This document shows positions 17,338 to 27,800 of a stretch of 64,000 nucleotides of DNA, one piece after another (positions within the stretch are counted from its first letter, which is position 1; every line of letters begins with the position of its first letter). Under the pieces are notes generated by a model. The model saw only the letters and a program-made list of their open reading frames with translations, was not told the origin of the DNA and ran no database searches. The DNA is taken from positions 32,001-96,000 of the forward strand of contig JAOPTX010000032.1 in NCBI GenBank assembly GCA_051532055.1, given 5' to 3'. The stretch comes from Fibrobacterales bacterium (GTDB lineage Bacteria > Fibrobacterota > Fibrobacteria > Fibrobacterales > JAOPTW01). A program made the translations under genes and the position numbers.

Positions 17338-18855
17338 ATGAAAAAAGTATTACCACTTATAGCAACCGCATCATATGCAGCATTTATGATGTCATGTCAA
17401 ATCATAACACCTACCCCTACAGAAGATCTTTTAAGTAGCTCTGCTATAGCGACTGGGGACAGCACTATCGTTTCATCAGAAACAACACTATCGTCAGCGA
17501 CTGCACTCTCGTCTTCTCCATTTGACACCATTATCATCTCTTTCTCATCTGCCGAACTTTCATCGTCAAGCGAAACTGTAACACCAGAATCAAGCAGCAA
17601 TGTAGTCGTTGTACCTGACTCAACGTTCCTCAGCTCTTCAAGTACAGAACTCTCATCTTCTGAAGTCATCGCACCAAGCTCAACCATAAGTTCATCGATT
17701 GCACTTTCTTCTGCCGAAAGTTCTTCAGCGATTGAGTCTTCATCATCTGTGGTTGTTGTAAGCTCATCTTCCCTAGAAAGCTCTTCTTCTATAGAAAGTT
17801 CATCTTCTGTCAATCCACTTCCTCCCTTTATCAATGCAAACCTTGTTAATGCAATAGACACTGCGACCCCATTTACTAATGGCGCCTCTACTAACTCACT
17901 TTACAGTAGTCAATACGCGGCATGGAAAGCATTCGACAAAGCATCACCTTCTACCCAATGGATATCAGGCCATGTGTTTCGCCCTGGAACAGGCCCTGCA
18001 AACCTCATGTACACCTTTGGTGAAGAACATAAAATTGTTGAATATCGCATCGCAAGCCGCTTTGATTCTCTCAAAGATCGCGCACCAAAAAACTGGGTTT
18101 TACAAGGGTCAAATAGCAACACGGCAACAGCTGCTGATGCAATCGATGACACACAATGGGCTACTATTGACACTCAAAACGACATCAACTCTGGCGACGA
18201 ATGGGGATCAACTGACAACTGGAAAGACACCATCGCATTTACCGTACAAACTCCAGGTATATACACCAGCTACCGCCTTTGTGTAACCGCCGTTAACGGA
18301 TCTTCTGTTGTAGATATTATAGACATGTTCCTCATGGAAGAAGCACACGCCAACATCACCATTCCAACAACTGAAACCGACACCCGCACATCATCAAACG
18401 GTACTTATGGAAGTAGCTATCCAGCATGGCATCTCTTTGACGGCGCATCTACATGGACCCAATGGATGTCAGCAAGTCTCTTTCGCCCAGGAAATGGCCC
18501 TGCCAACATAAGCTACAGCTTCGATGACGAACAAATGGTAACTCACTACACCCTTACCGGTAGATATGACAGCCTTAAAGATCGCCTCCCTAAAAACTGG
18601 ATAGTTCAAGGCACCAATAGTGCCACTGCCACTATCAATGACGCTCTTGATGCCACAACATGGACAACTGTTGACACCCGCACTGACATCACTACTGATG
18701 ACGAATGGAACTCTGAAACAAGCGTTGCCGAACTCACCCTTATGGTTACCAATCCAGGCTCATACACTACCTATAGAATTTGTATTACTGCAGTAAACGG
18801 GTCATCGATTGCTGATCTTATTGAAATCTCATTTGCAGGAATACCTGCCATCTAA
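17338..18855 (+). CDS. lipoprotein with Ser-rich linker and two tandem discoidin/F5-8C-like domains
   Basis: MMSC lipobox; duplicated AW.[AL]FD...TQW.S...PKNW..QG.N...Y..YR.C.TAVNG; AGGA RBS. Confidence 0.75.
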   Translation: MKKVLPLIATASYAAFMMSCQIITPTPTEDLLSSSAIATGDSTIVSSETTLSSATALSSSPFDTIIISFSSAELSSSSETVTPESSSNVVVVPDSTFLSSSSTELSSSEVIAPSSTISSSIALSSAESSSAIESSSSVVVVSSSSLESSSSIESSSSVNPLPPFINANLVNAIDTATPFTNGASTNSLYSSQYAAWKAFDKASPSTQWISGHVFRPGTGPANLMYTFGEEHKIVEYRIASRFDSLKDRAPKNWVLQGSNSNTATAADAIDDTQWATIDTQNDINSGDEWGSTDNWKDTIAFTVQTPGIYTSYRLCVTAVNGSSVVDIIDMFLMEEAHANITIPTTETDTRTSSNGTYGSSYPAWHLFDGASTWTQWMSASLFRPGNGPANISYSFDDEQMVTHYTLTGRYDSLKDRLPKNWIVQGTNSATATINDALDATTWTTVDTRTDITTDDEWNSETSVAELTLMVTNPGSYTTYRICITAVNGSSIADLIEISFAGIPAI

Positions 18856-18878
18856 ACTTTAATAAAAAGCAGTATACA

Positions 18879-18916
18879 AAAAAGGAGCCTCTCAATTTAT
18901 TGAGAGGCTCCTTTTT
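18879..18916. terminator. bidirectional intrinsic terminator
   Basis: AAAAAGGAGCCTCTCAAT-TT-ATTGAGAGGCTCCTTTTT between convergent genes. Confidence 0.9.
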
Positions 18917-18917
18917 A

Positions 18918-19112
18918 TTACTCTGAACTTTGAACCAATGTCACTTGCTCTAATTCTTCAAAACTCATCTGTATCAATTCATCAATAGAAAAAGAATACC
19001 TCTGTGCATTGATAAAGCCATCTCTCTGCTGTGTATGCAGAGCGCTACACGCCGCAATGATCATCACCACCACAACACATATCATTACTCTATTCACACA
19101 ACACCTTTTCAT
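18918..19112 (-). CDS. small lipoprotein carrying a copy of the TBDR N-terminal motif
   Basis: AGGA RBS, IAAC lipobox, C-terminal SIDELIQMSFEELEQVTL; fills the gap between TBDR stop and terminator. Confidence 0.7.
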   Translation of the reverse strand: MKRCCVNRVMICVVVVMIIAACSALHTQQRDGFINAQRYSFSIDELIQMSFEELEQVTLVQSSE

Positions 19113-19129
19113 TGCATTCCTACATTCAT

Positions 19130-21160
19130 TTAAAAGTTATATCCAATTTTACCCGAAAATTCACGACTAGATCCAGGTAGAGGGGTATCATACCCATCAT
19201 AAGCTTCTGCCATTTCATAATTTTCATTCAAAATGTTATACGCTCCAACGGTAAGACTTACCCTATCAAAGAATACTGACTCCCAATTCAACACTAGATC
19301 AACCATATATACACGGTCAAGTTCTTTGTATTGAAAATCTGGAATCCAATTACCTAGTGCATCATATTCATACCCATAATCAGCCCAGATAGCCGTACGT
19401 TCACCTACGAACCGTAGTGAGGGCGTAATATTGAGCCTATTAAATGCACGATAACTCATGCTGAGTGTTGCTTTATGTTCTGCAATCCCAAGCTTCCTAT
19501 CGGTATTTAATGGGTCTCTAAAATTCTCAGCTACCGAACCCCAGTTTCTCGCAAATGAATAATTTGATATCACACTTATATCTTTCCATTTATAACGAAC
19601 CGACAGTTCTGCACCATAGGAGCCCATACTTTTTGAATTAAGGTATAGATTTTGTTCAGCACCAGCATCCCATGTATAGATAATTGCATCACGTATTTGC
19701 ATCCAAAAAATATTTCCCTGAATCCATAAATCACCCATAGGATGGTACCCGAGTTCCGCTTCAGTTATCCAGGTAAATTCCGGCTTTATGTCTGGATTTG
19801 TCGCTACATTTAATATCGCTGGATCCCGTTGAGCCCCACTGAGCAATAATTTTAAATCCAGGTCATTTGTCATAGATCCAGTATAAGCAAGCCGAGGTAC
19901 TATAGAATTTCCATAATTCTCATTATTATTTCCTCGAACTCCTGCGGTAAATGTACCAACACCCGTACGAGCAATCAGCTGCGCGTACAACGCTCCAGTA
20001 TAGCTATCAGTATAATTATCCCCATTATAGGTAGAACTCAAGTAATCCCTTCCTATTATAAAATCATATGTAATCCCCGACAACAATTTAACATCATCAT
20101 TAATATCAACATCTACAGGTATATCCAGTGAGTATTTTTCACTACGGTCATCAATCTGCCAATCAGCATACACTGACCCATCAGAATACAACACCTCATT
20201 CGCATTCCAAGGCTTCTGTTGCTTGTATTGTATGGCCGGGTTCAACCTCAATGACGGAGATATATCCAATAAATAACTGACCTTCGCAGCATAACTGATA
20301 AACTCTGTATGATAATCAGGTACATCATATGTTGGATAAGGAAACTGGATATAATAATTATCATAGAATGCATTGATTGTAAATCCTCCGTATTCTGCCT
20401 TAACTAAAGCATTTGAAACTTTAGTCGACCCATTATCATCGTCGCTCAGATCTATATTTGCACCATATATATCATGTAGCGTTCTATCCGAATAATTCCC
20501 TTGCTCCATGCTTATAAAGGCAGAAACATTCCCCTTCTCACTCTTTGTACCAAGAAAAACATTACCGCCAGTGCGTCCTGTCATTTTTTCTGTTCTAGAA
20601 TAATATCCATTTGCATTCACATTGAGTTCTTTTGATGGATTTTTAGTTATTACCGACACAACAGCCATCTCTGCAGCCCCACCATATTGCACAGACCCAG
20701 GGCCCCGGATAATTTCAACACGCTCTATCATATCTGCACTAAAATGTTGTCCAAATGCAATTGACGCATACATTTCATCATTTACATCTATACCATCAAT
20801 AAGGAGAAGAACCTTTCCTTCACTCGCCCAATTACCCCGTATTGCAACCGAACGAACCCCTTGTAAATCCAATAAGAATTCAAAGCCAGGCACAAATTGC
20901 AATATCTCTTTTAAATCACGCAAGCCTCTTCTTTTAATCTCTTCACTGGTAACAACCGTTACAATTCCCGGTGATTCTCGCTGCGTTAGTGCGAACCCTC
21001 CTGACGCTACATTAATTGACAAATTCATAAGAACATCTAAGTCCATCTCTATGAGGTCATCCAAAGAAACGTCCTCCACCCTAATATTATCTACTTCTTG
21101 CCCCATAAGTGAAGTGGCCACAAGTAAGGTAGCTGCAATAGCGTGCACCAATTTATTCAT
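19130..21160 (-). CDS. TonB-dependent outer-membrane receptor
   Basis: Plug motifs ESPGIVTVVT, LLLIDG, IERVEIIRGPGSVQYG; C-terminal NILNENY...PGSSREFSGKIGYNF; likely start ATG 21160 overlapping the kinase stop. Confidence 0.92.
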   Translation of the reverse strand: MNKLVHAIAATLLVATSLMGQEVDNIRVEDVSLDDLIEMDLDVLMNLSINVASGGFALTQRESPGIVTVVTSEEIKRRGLRDLKEILQFVPGFEFLLDLQGVRSVAIRGNWASEGKVLLLIDGIDVNDEMYASIAFGQHFSADMIERVEIIRGPGSVQYGGAAEMAVVSVITKNPSKELNVNANGYYSRTEKMTGRTGGNVFLGTKSEKGNVSAFISMEQGNYSDRTLHDIYGANIDLSDDDNGSTKVSNALVKAEYGGFTINAFYDNYYIQFPYPTYDVPDYHTEFISYAAKVSYLLDISPSLRLNPAIQYKQQKPWNANEVLYSDGSVYADWQIDDRSEKYSLDIPVDVDINDDVKLLSGITYDFIIGRDYLSSTYNGDNYTDSYTGALYAQLIARTGVGTFTAGVRGNNNENYGNSIVPRLAYTGSMTNDLDLKLLLSGAQRDPAILNVATNPDIKPEFTWITEAELGYHPMGDLWIQGNIFWMQIRDAIIYTWDAGAEQNLYLNSKSMGSYGAELSVRYKWKDISVISNYSFARNWGSVAENFRDPLNTDRKLGIAEHKATLSMSYRAFNRLNITPSLRFVGERTAIWADYGYEYDALGNWIPDFQYKELDRVYMVDLVLNWESVFFDRVSLTVGAYNILNENYEMAEAYDGYDTPLPGSSREFSGKIGYNF

Positions 21161-23954
21161 TAATTTCATTTTCATGATCATCCTCATTTTCTTCTGCTCT
21201 GTTACGCTTTTCCAATTTCTTAAGCTCTATAATCTTTAACCACTTCTCTAACGTTTTAATAACCGAAACTGAATTAATTGGTTTTGGTATGTAATCATCC
21301 ATGCCTGCATCGAGACACTTCTCTTTATCGCCTTCCATTGCGTTCGCTGTCATTGCTATAATGGGCAACTCCGGGTTTAAAATATCTACACCTTTTTGTC
21401 GAATAACCCGTGTTGCCTTATATCCATCCATTATAGGCATCTGGACATCCATAAAAATCAAATCGTATTCTTTCTCTTTGAGAAGCTGTAATGCCTCTTC
21501 GCCATTACCTGCAATATCAGGAACAATACCCGCTTTTTTCAATACACCTATAGCCACTTTTTGATTTATTTTATTATCCTCAACCAACAAGAGACGCACG
21601 CTGGACCGAATATTTTTACTGATACTGTACTGAGTAATAATCTCTTTCTTCTTAGTGTTCCCTGGATCGACTTCGAGACCCAATGCCTCTTCTAAGCATT
21701 CATGAAGTTCACGCGCAAGAACCGGTTTAGTTAAATAGGCCGCAAAACCCATTTCTGAAAGTCGACTTACATCACCACGCTTCCCCATCGAACTCATCAT
21801 AATCAGAATAGTATCTGCAATTTCTGGGTCATTTTTAATTGCCTCACCAACCATTTCCCCATCCATTCCCGGCATCTGCATATCCAGAATTGCCACAGTA
21901 TATGGACTCCCTTTCTGCTGCGCCTCCTTTAACATAGCAATTCCAGCGGGGCCACTTTCAGAAACATCGCAGGTTACATTCCAGGCACCCAACTGTTTTT
22001 CAACTACCTTTCTATTCGTGTGATTATCATCTATGAATAGAATTTTTTCACCTTCAATATCTTTTCGATGAGCAGGAGTATAGTGTTTATCCGATTTATT
22101 CAACTCGATAGTAAACCAAAAGAGTGACCCTGTTGAACCATTATGACGACACACTTCTGAACCATGCTCTACAGGGCTCTCTACCCCTATCTCGCCATTC
22201 ATTAAAGCCACAAGCTGTTTCGAAATGGCGAGACCAAGACCAGTACCCCCAAATTCTCGGGTCGTTGAACTATCTGCCTGAGTAAATTTTTCAAAGAGCA
22301 TCTCTTGTTTTTCTTTAGGAATACCAATCCCTGTATCCCGGACCCCAATTCTTAACCGAATCGCACTTCCAATATCTTCCTCAAATTGGATACAAACAAT
22401 GACTTCACCCTGTTCTGTAAACTTAATAGCATTACCCGTAAGGTTTGTAACCACTTGTCTCAGGCGTCCTGGATCACCTTTTACATAGACGGGTACTTCA
22501 TTATCGATGCTACAAATAAATTCAACACCTTTTTCATCTGTCCTAAAGGCCATAGTATTTGCAAAACTTCCCAGCATTGAATGGAGATCAAAATCTATCT
22601 CTTCGAGGTCCAACTTGCCCGCTTCAATTTTTGAGAAATCAAGGATATCATTAATGATGGATAGGAGTGACTCGGCACTACTATGTACCGACTCTGCATA
22701 CCCTCTCTGCTCATTATCCAATGATGTATCGAGAAGTAATTCATTCATACCTAGAACTCCATTCATTGGAGTTCTAATCTCATGACTCATTGTTGCAAGA
22801 AAATCACTCTTGGCTCTACTTGCAGCCTCTGCCGCTTCAGTCTGTTCAACAAGAAATTTATTGAGGTCACGAATACGTTTTTCTTCAGTGAGATCCATAA
22901 AGACAAACACAACCCCCGTCACCACTCCCTGATCGTTGCGTATGGGGGCCCCGCTATCACTCATAAACTTTACGTCACCACGAGGCGTTAGAATCACTGT
23001 TTGATTTGAAAGTTTTGTTATAACACCTGCCCTCAATACTATTCCTACTGGGTCAGCGATCCGCTCCCTCGTCGTTTGGTTTTCTAGGGTCAATACCTCA
23101 TCAAAAAAGAGACCTTTTGATTCATCTATTTTTAAACCCACAAGTTCTTCTGCTGCAGGATTCATTCGCTCTATTATGCCTTTAATATTTGTGGTAATAA
23201 CCGATTCACCGAGGGAATCAAGAGTCGTACGCAAGTCACGTTCTTGCTCCTCAAGTTCAACTTTTGCATCATGTATAGTGTCCATGAGTGCATTAAAGTT
23301 GTCATAGAGCACCCCTATCTCATCCGTACTCTCTTTTTCAATATGTCGTGACTCATGCTCTCCTCTAGATAACTGTTCCATAAACTGAACAAGTTTTATA
23401 ATTGGAGCCGTTACTGATCGCTGTAATATATAGGCAAGAAGAAGACTCCCACACACAAGTCCCAATAATAAGAGCAACAAGGTCATGATATTTGATCTGT
23501 TTTCGGCATCCATTTTATTCGTTGAAGCAACAATATAAACCAACCCTATCCGTTGCTCTTGCTCAAAAATTGGATAGAACATGTGGAGTTCATCTTCTTC
23601 AAACCGATGTCCCGCCTGTATGTTTTTCTTCCCCTTGGGAAATTCGACATCGCCTCGGATATATTCAGAAAATACCGTAGAGTCCGCCGTATAAACGAGT
23701 ACTCGCTCAATCACATCAATTGATTCCATCGAATTGAGGTAGCTTTGAGCCACTTCACTATCATCAAACATCAAGGGAACGGTCACATATCGGCTGACCA
23801 CTTTTGCTTGTTCCATTATTGAGTTAACAAAATTGTTTCTTAAATTGGTGGCACTACGAATACTCAGTACCGTAAAACCAAGAGAAAGAGTCACAAAACT
23901 GATCCCCACTATGATCAGTAATAACTTTTTCCGTATAGAGATATTACGAATCAT
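21153..23954 (-). CDS. hybrid sensor kinase (YfiN-like periplasmic-HAMP-PAS-HisKA-HATPase-REC-REC)
   Basis: [38 protein letters not shown], two receiver domains (LDMQMP, MDVQMP). Confidence 0.93.
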   Translation of the reverse strand: MIRNISIRKKLLLIIVGISFVTLSLGFTVLSIRSATNLRNNFVNSIMEQAKVVSRYVTVPLMFDDSEVAQSYLNSMESIDVIERVLVYTADSTVFSEYIRGDVEFPKGKKNIQAGHRFEEDELHMFYPIFEQEQRIGLVYIVASTNKMDAENRSNIMTLLLLLLGLVCGSLLLAYILQRSVTAPIIKLVQFMEQLSRGEHESRHIEKESTDEIGVLYDNFNALMDTIHDAKVELEEQERDLRTTLDSLGESVITTNIKGIIERMNPAAEELVGLKIDESKGLFFDEVLTLENQTTRERIADPVGIVLRAGVITKLSNQTVILTPRGDVKFMSDSGAPIRNDQGVVTGVVFVFMDLTEEKRIRDLNKFLVEQTEAAEAASRAKSDFLATMSHEIRTPMNGVLGMNELLLDTSLDNEQRGYAESVHSSAESLLSIINDILDFSKIEAGKLDLEEIDFDLHSMLGSFANTMAFRTDEKGVEFICSIDNEVPVYVKGDPGRLRQVVTNLTGNAIKFTEQGEVIVCIQFEEDIGSAIRLRIGVRDTGIGIPKEKQEMLFEKFTQADSSTTREFGGTGLGLAISKQLVALMNGEIGVESPVEHGSEVCRHNGSTGSLFWFTIELNKSDKHYTPAHRKDIEGEKILFIDDNHTNRKVVEKQLGAWNVTCDVSESGPAGIAMLKEAQQKGSPYTVAILDMQMPGMDGEMVGEAIKNDPEIADTILIMMSSMGKRGDVSRLSEMGFAAYLTKPVLARELHECLEEALGLEVDPGNTKKKEIITQYSISKNIRSSVRLLLVEDNKINQKVAIGVLKKAGIVPDIAGNGEEALQLLKEKEYDLIFMDVQMPIMDGYKATRVIRQKGVDILNPELPIIAMTANAMEGDKEKCLDAGMDDYIPKPINSVSVIKTLEKWLKIIELKKLEKRNRAEENEDDHENEINE

Positions 23955-24506
23955 TTATCGAGCCCCCTGCATTTTTTTGAGATAACTCAAAAGGAAGGAA
24001 CTTGCCTTAAGCCCCGAAGCCGCCATAGCCCCGGTATTCATATTAAAACGAACTTTATTATTCTCCTTGTAAAGCAGTACGTGCGCCCCCTTGTCTAATA
24101 ACTCGGGGTTTTCAGTAACAATAAGTGCATGATACTGCTTGTTTTTCTCAAGAAGAAGGTCAAAATCACTCTCACTTTTGGGAGCAATATAAATGACATG
24201 TGCCGTAAAAATAGAATCAACCAAAGAAAGTTTTTGGACCGTTGTTACCCTTTTTTTGATGGTACGACCTTCCATAGCCTTTTCAATCCAAGAAGAAAGA
24301 GGGGAGTCTCCTAATATAAATACGCTAAATTTGTCAGTTTGATCACTCTCGCTCCAAGTAATTAAGGAAACAACCTTTATGAGATAAGCTGCTTTAAGCT
24401 TATTTTCACCTGAATTTTGGCCGAAACTTGTTGAAAATGCCAATAACACTACAATGAGTAGTATGACTCCTCGTGAGTGAGGTTTTTTCTTAAAGTATCC
24501 GTTCAA
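23955..24506 (-). CDS. YfiR family (DUF4154) periplasmic protein
   Basis: ENKLKAAYLIKVVSLITW, HVIYI, KVRFNMN, GLKASSFLL; probable TTG start at 24506 after AGGA giving a signal peptide; stop abuts the kinase ATG. Confidence 0.82.
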   Translation of the reverse strand: MNGYFKKKPHSRGVILLIVVLLAFSTSFGQNSGENKLKAAYLIKVVSLITWSESDQTDKFSVFILGDSPLSSWIEKAMEGRTIKKRVTTVQKLSLVDSIFTAHVIYIAPKSESDFDLLLEKNKQYHALIVTENPELLDKGAHVLLYKENNKVRFNMNTGAMAASGLKASSFLLSYLKKMQGAR

Positions 24507-24878
24507 ACAGTATCCTAATAGAGCGGGTAGAATTCTTGGATATTTTACCAAACATTTCTCAATAAATGCCAATTTTAGCCCATATTCTCTAAAATACCCC
24601 ACATTGCTTACCTTTAACAAGCATATAATAGGCTTTAAACATTTTTCCCTATCAGAAAGGACCCCTGTAACACTCTAGCATCTTTCTAGTATTTCCTTGA
24701 ATTTCAACGATTTATGCTCACCATACAGCGGTAACAAATTGTGAACGACCAATGCAATGTAAGCTAGATTTAACTATGCCCCCCTTCCTAATTATGCTAT
24801 TTTTGAATTACTATCTAATAACCGTGGATCTCAGTCCTATTTCTCACCCCTTAAGAGAGTCCACATTAAGGAGAATCT

Positions 24879-27800
24879 ATGCAGGCTACTGTGTTTGTTA
24901 TTCTATCTCTATGTATCTCTGGCCTCTTTGCCCAGACAACACTTTATTTTGAAGACTTCGAAAACATATCTTCTGCTTCCAGCGATTGGAGTATTTATAG
25001 TGGTTCCGATTGGGAAATTGGCGCACCAACGTATTCTAGTGGCCCAGAAGCGCTTTGGGGAGATAATGTCGCTGGTCTCGACCTAGAGTCGTATCCATCA
25101 GCCTATAGCTATAATTATTTCACTTCGAGTACCATAACATTGCCCCTATCAAGTGATCTCCAATTAGAATTTCACTACTGGTCCGACATATCAAACTACA
25201 ATGAATTACAGGTTGAAATATATACGGGAACCACATGGTATCCTATTATTACAAACCTCCTTTCCAACACCAGCAACCAGTGGAGAAGAGCCTCATATGA
25301 CCTCGCATCCTATGCTGGTCAGAATATCAAACTTCGCTTTATTGCAGCCCTTTCTTATAGTAGTTCCTATTATTCTGGAGCATATATTGATAATATCATT
25401 CTTACCGATTTTGAGGGACATACGCTTTACAACGGATCAACAGTATCTGGTACCATGCAACCTTCAACTACTCTAATCAATGTCACAACCACTTCTATTA
25501 ATGCAACTTCACCACAAGCGCACTCTTTTAGTCACTGGACATCAAAACAAAATGCCATATTTGGAGATGCCACTCAGGCCGCAACTACAGTAACCCTTAC
25601 TACAAACGACACCATAGCCCCTGTTTTTGTACTCGCCCCCATGAAGGCCCTTTCTGAAACACCAGACACACTCAACCTTGATACTAATGCACTTGATTCT
25701 AACTGGGTAAAAGGAGTCTGGACTTCATTTACTGCACCCAAAGCAGGTATATACCGGTTTGATTATAACTATCTGACAAATACCACACTCTACTCAGTCG
25801 CAATGCACCCAAACTCACCACTCTCGGTGCCCCGTTTTTCATATAGTAGTAGAACTTCAGGATCTAACTCTTTCACCGCTGACTCTGCTGGTCACACCTT
25901 CTATTTTCACACTACTGCATATAGTGCTTCGTATAACTTATACTCAATTGAATTATCCGTTAAACATGAAGTAACCCTCACCACTGCGGCAACAGGTTCG
26001 GGTACTCCCACGTATGCATATATTGATCTATCTGCTGGTGATAGCGCCACTGTAACTGCAACACCACATTTAGGCTGGACATTTGTTCATTGGTCAGTCG
26101 ACACCGCTAAAAAAGCAACGATCAGAACTCCTGATGAATCCTCTACCATTGTTATTGTAGATTCATCGACAACAATAACAGCAACATTTACGAGACGGCC
26201 CGTTGCAGGGACCCTCATCAGCTCAGATGAAACCTATAACTACTCTGATGACGGAACGCCACAAGAGGGTGTGTTCTTTCAGTACTCACCTCCCTCGACT
26301 AACACCTACGTTATAACCCGCAAAGTGAACAGTTCGATTCCTGACTCACTGATTGTCTATAGTGATTCACTCTACACTACACCAATTTCAAAAACATATT
26401 GTAGCTGCACCAACCTATTTTCTTCAGAACTCGCACTCGAAAAAGACTCTATCTACTATATCCGAATATACCCCAATACAGCTTCGTTACCTGATTACGA
26501 CTTCACTATATCTGCCGATACCAGCGTTACCGTAGCTATCGCCCCAACTACTCATGGCGAAGCGTATGTTTTTACTTCAGGGGGCCACACTTCCACTGCT
26601 AGCATTTCTGATGATGACGCAGTATCTATTGATGCAACACCACAACTTTCATACTTATTCAGCGCCTGGACTTCAAGCAAACCGACCGCAACAGACTTTG
26701 ATGACGCCACCCTCGCGTCAACAACATTCTCAACTACCGAAGATGTCATCATCACACCTCAATTTTCCTATGCGCCCCCACACCTTTTTAATACTCTCGA
26801 CTCAACCTTTTCACTAGAGGATGACTCTTTTCTACAGCTATCACAACTCGGAATACTCATCAAACATAGTACTGCTGACTCTGGATTCTTTATTCTCAGT
26901 GTTGAAGACATGACAACAGCAGCACTATTCTCATTTTCACAAACGACCGATTCAAGCTTCTCTACAGAGTTACTTAAAACAAGTGGCTCGCTAAAAAACA
27001 GCCTTCCATTATATAGCCACGGCCCTCAAGACTCAGCCTTCTACAAAGTGTATAACAGTGGCTCCACCACTACTGATAGCATTACTATTATAACAGAAAA
27101 AGCTGTCGGCATCAAAACCCTCGTCACCGGCTCCCCAGCTCACGGGACCATTGAGTACCCCACAACCCTTCTGAGCCTAACAGGCGCCCTGAGCGATACT
27201 ATTATTACTGCACCCGATACAGAGATTATTCTTACTGCAAACCCCAACCCAGGATACATCTTTTCTCAATGGAGTACCCTTGAGACATCACCAAGTACTT
27301 TTGACTCCGTTGGTAAAACCCTTACCCTGGCTGCTGATTCCACTCTCTCCATTACGGCGCATTTCCAGCGTACGCCCCCACACCTCATAGATGATACCCT
27401 CCGTAGTTACGAATACACATCCGATGCATCGGACCAAAATTGGCAAGATGGGAGCTACTTTGTCTATCGCGCACCAGCAATAGGCTCCTATAACATCGTA
27501 TTCAATAATTATGGGTTATCCTCTTACAAGATTCTGCATTCATATACTGACAGTACTTTTTCCACACCATTAACAGCCTCAACCACTGCAACAGACTATC
27601 CCCTAACTAAAACAATTACCGCTACCAGCGTCGGTCAAACATTCTACTATAAGGTACTCACTACCTCAGTCAATGCAACACGACGATTTTCTGCTCAAGC
27701 CTTTAAACAATTAACTGTAGAGCTTATCGCTGATTCAACGGGCACCACGAAAGCACTCTATGGAAACTATACTCAAGGCGATACCGTCACCTTAAAAGCC

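Noticed and set aside
17397..17861. 154-aa antisense ORF, and similar ones at 32280 and 62446
   Set aside because: Shadow of Ser-codon-rich linkers on the coding strand
24507..24620. N-terminal extension of YfiR in the ORF track, and similar extensions at 32914, 36979 and 12879
   Set aside because: Downstream starts give a better RBS, signal peptide or family-typical N-terminus
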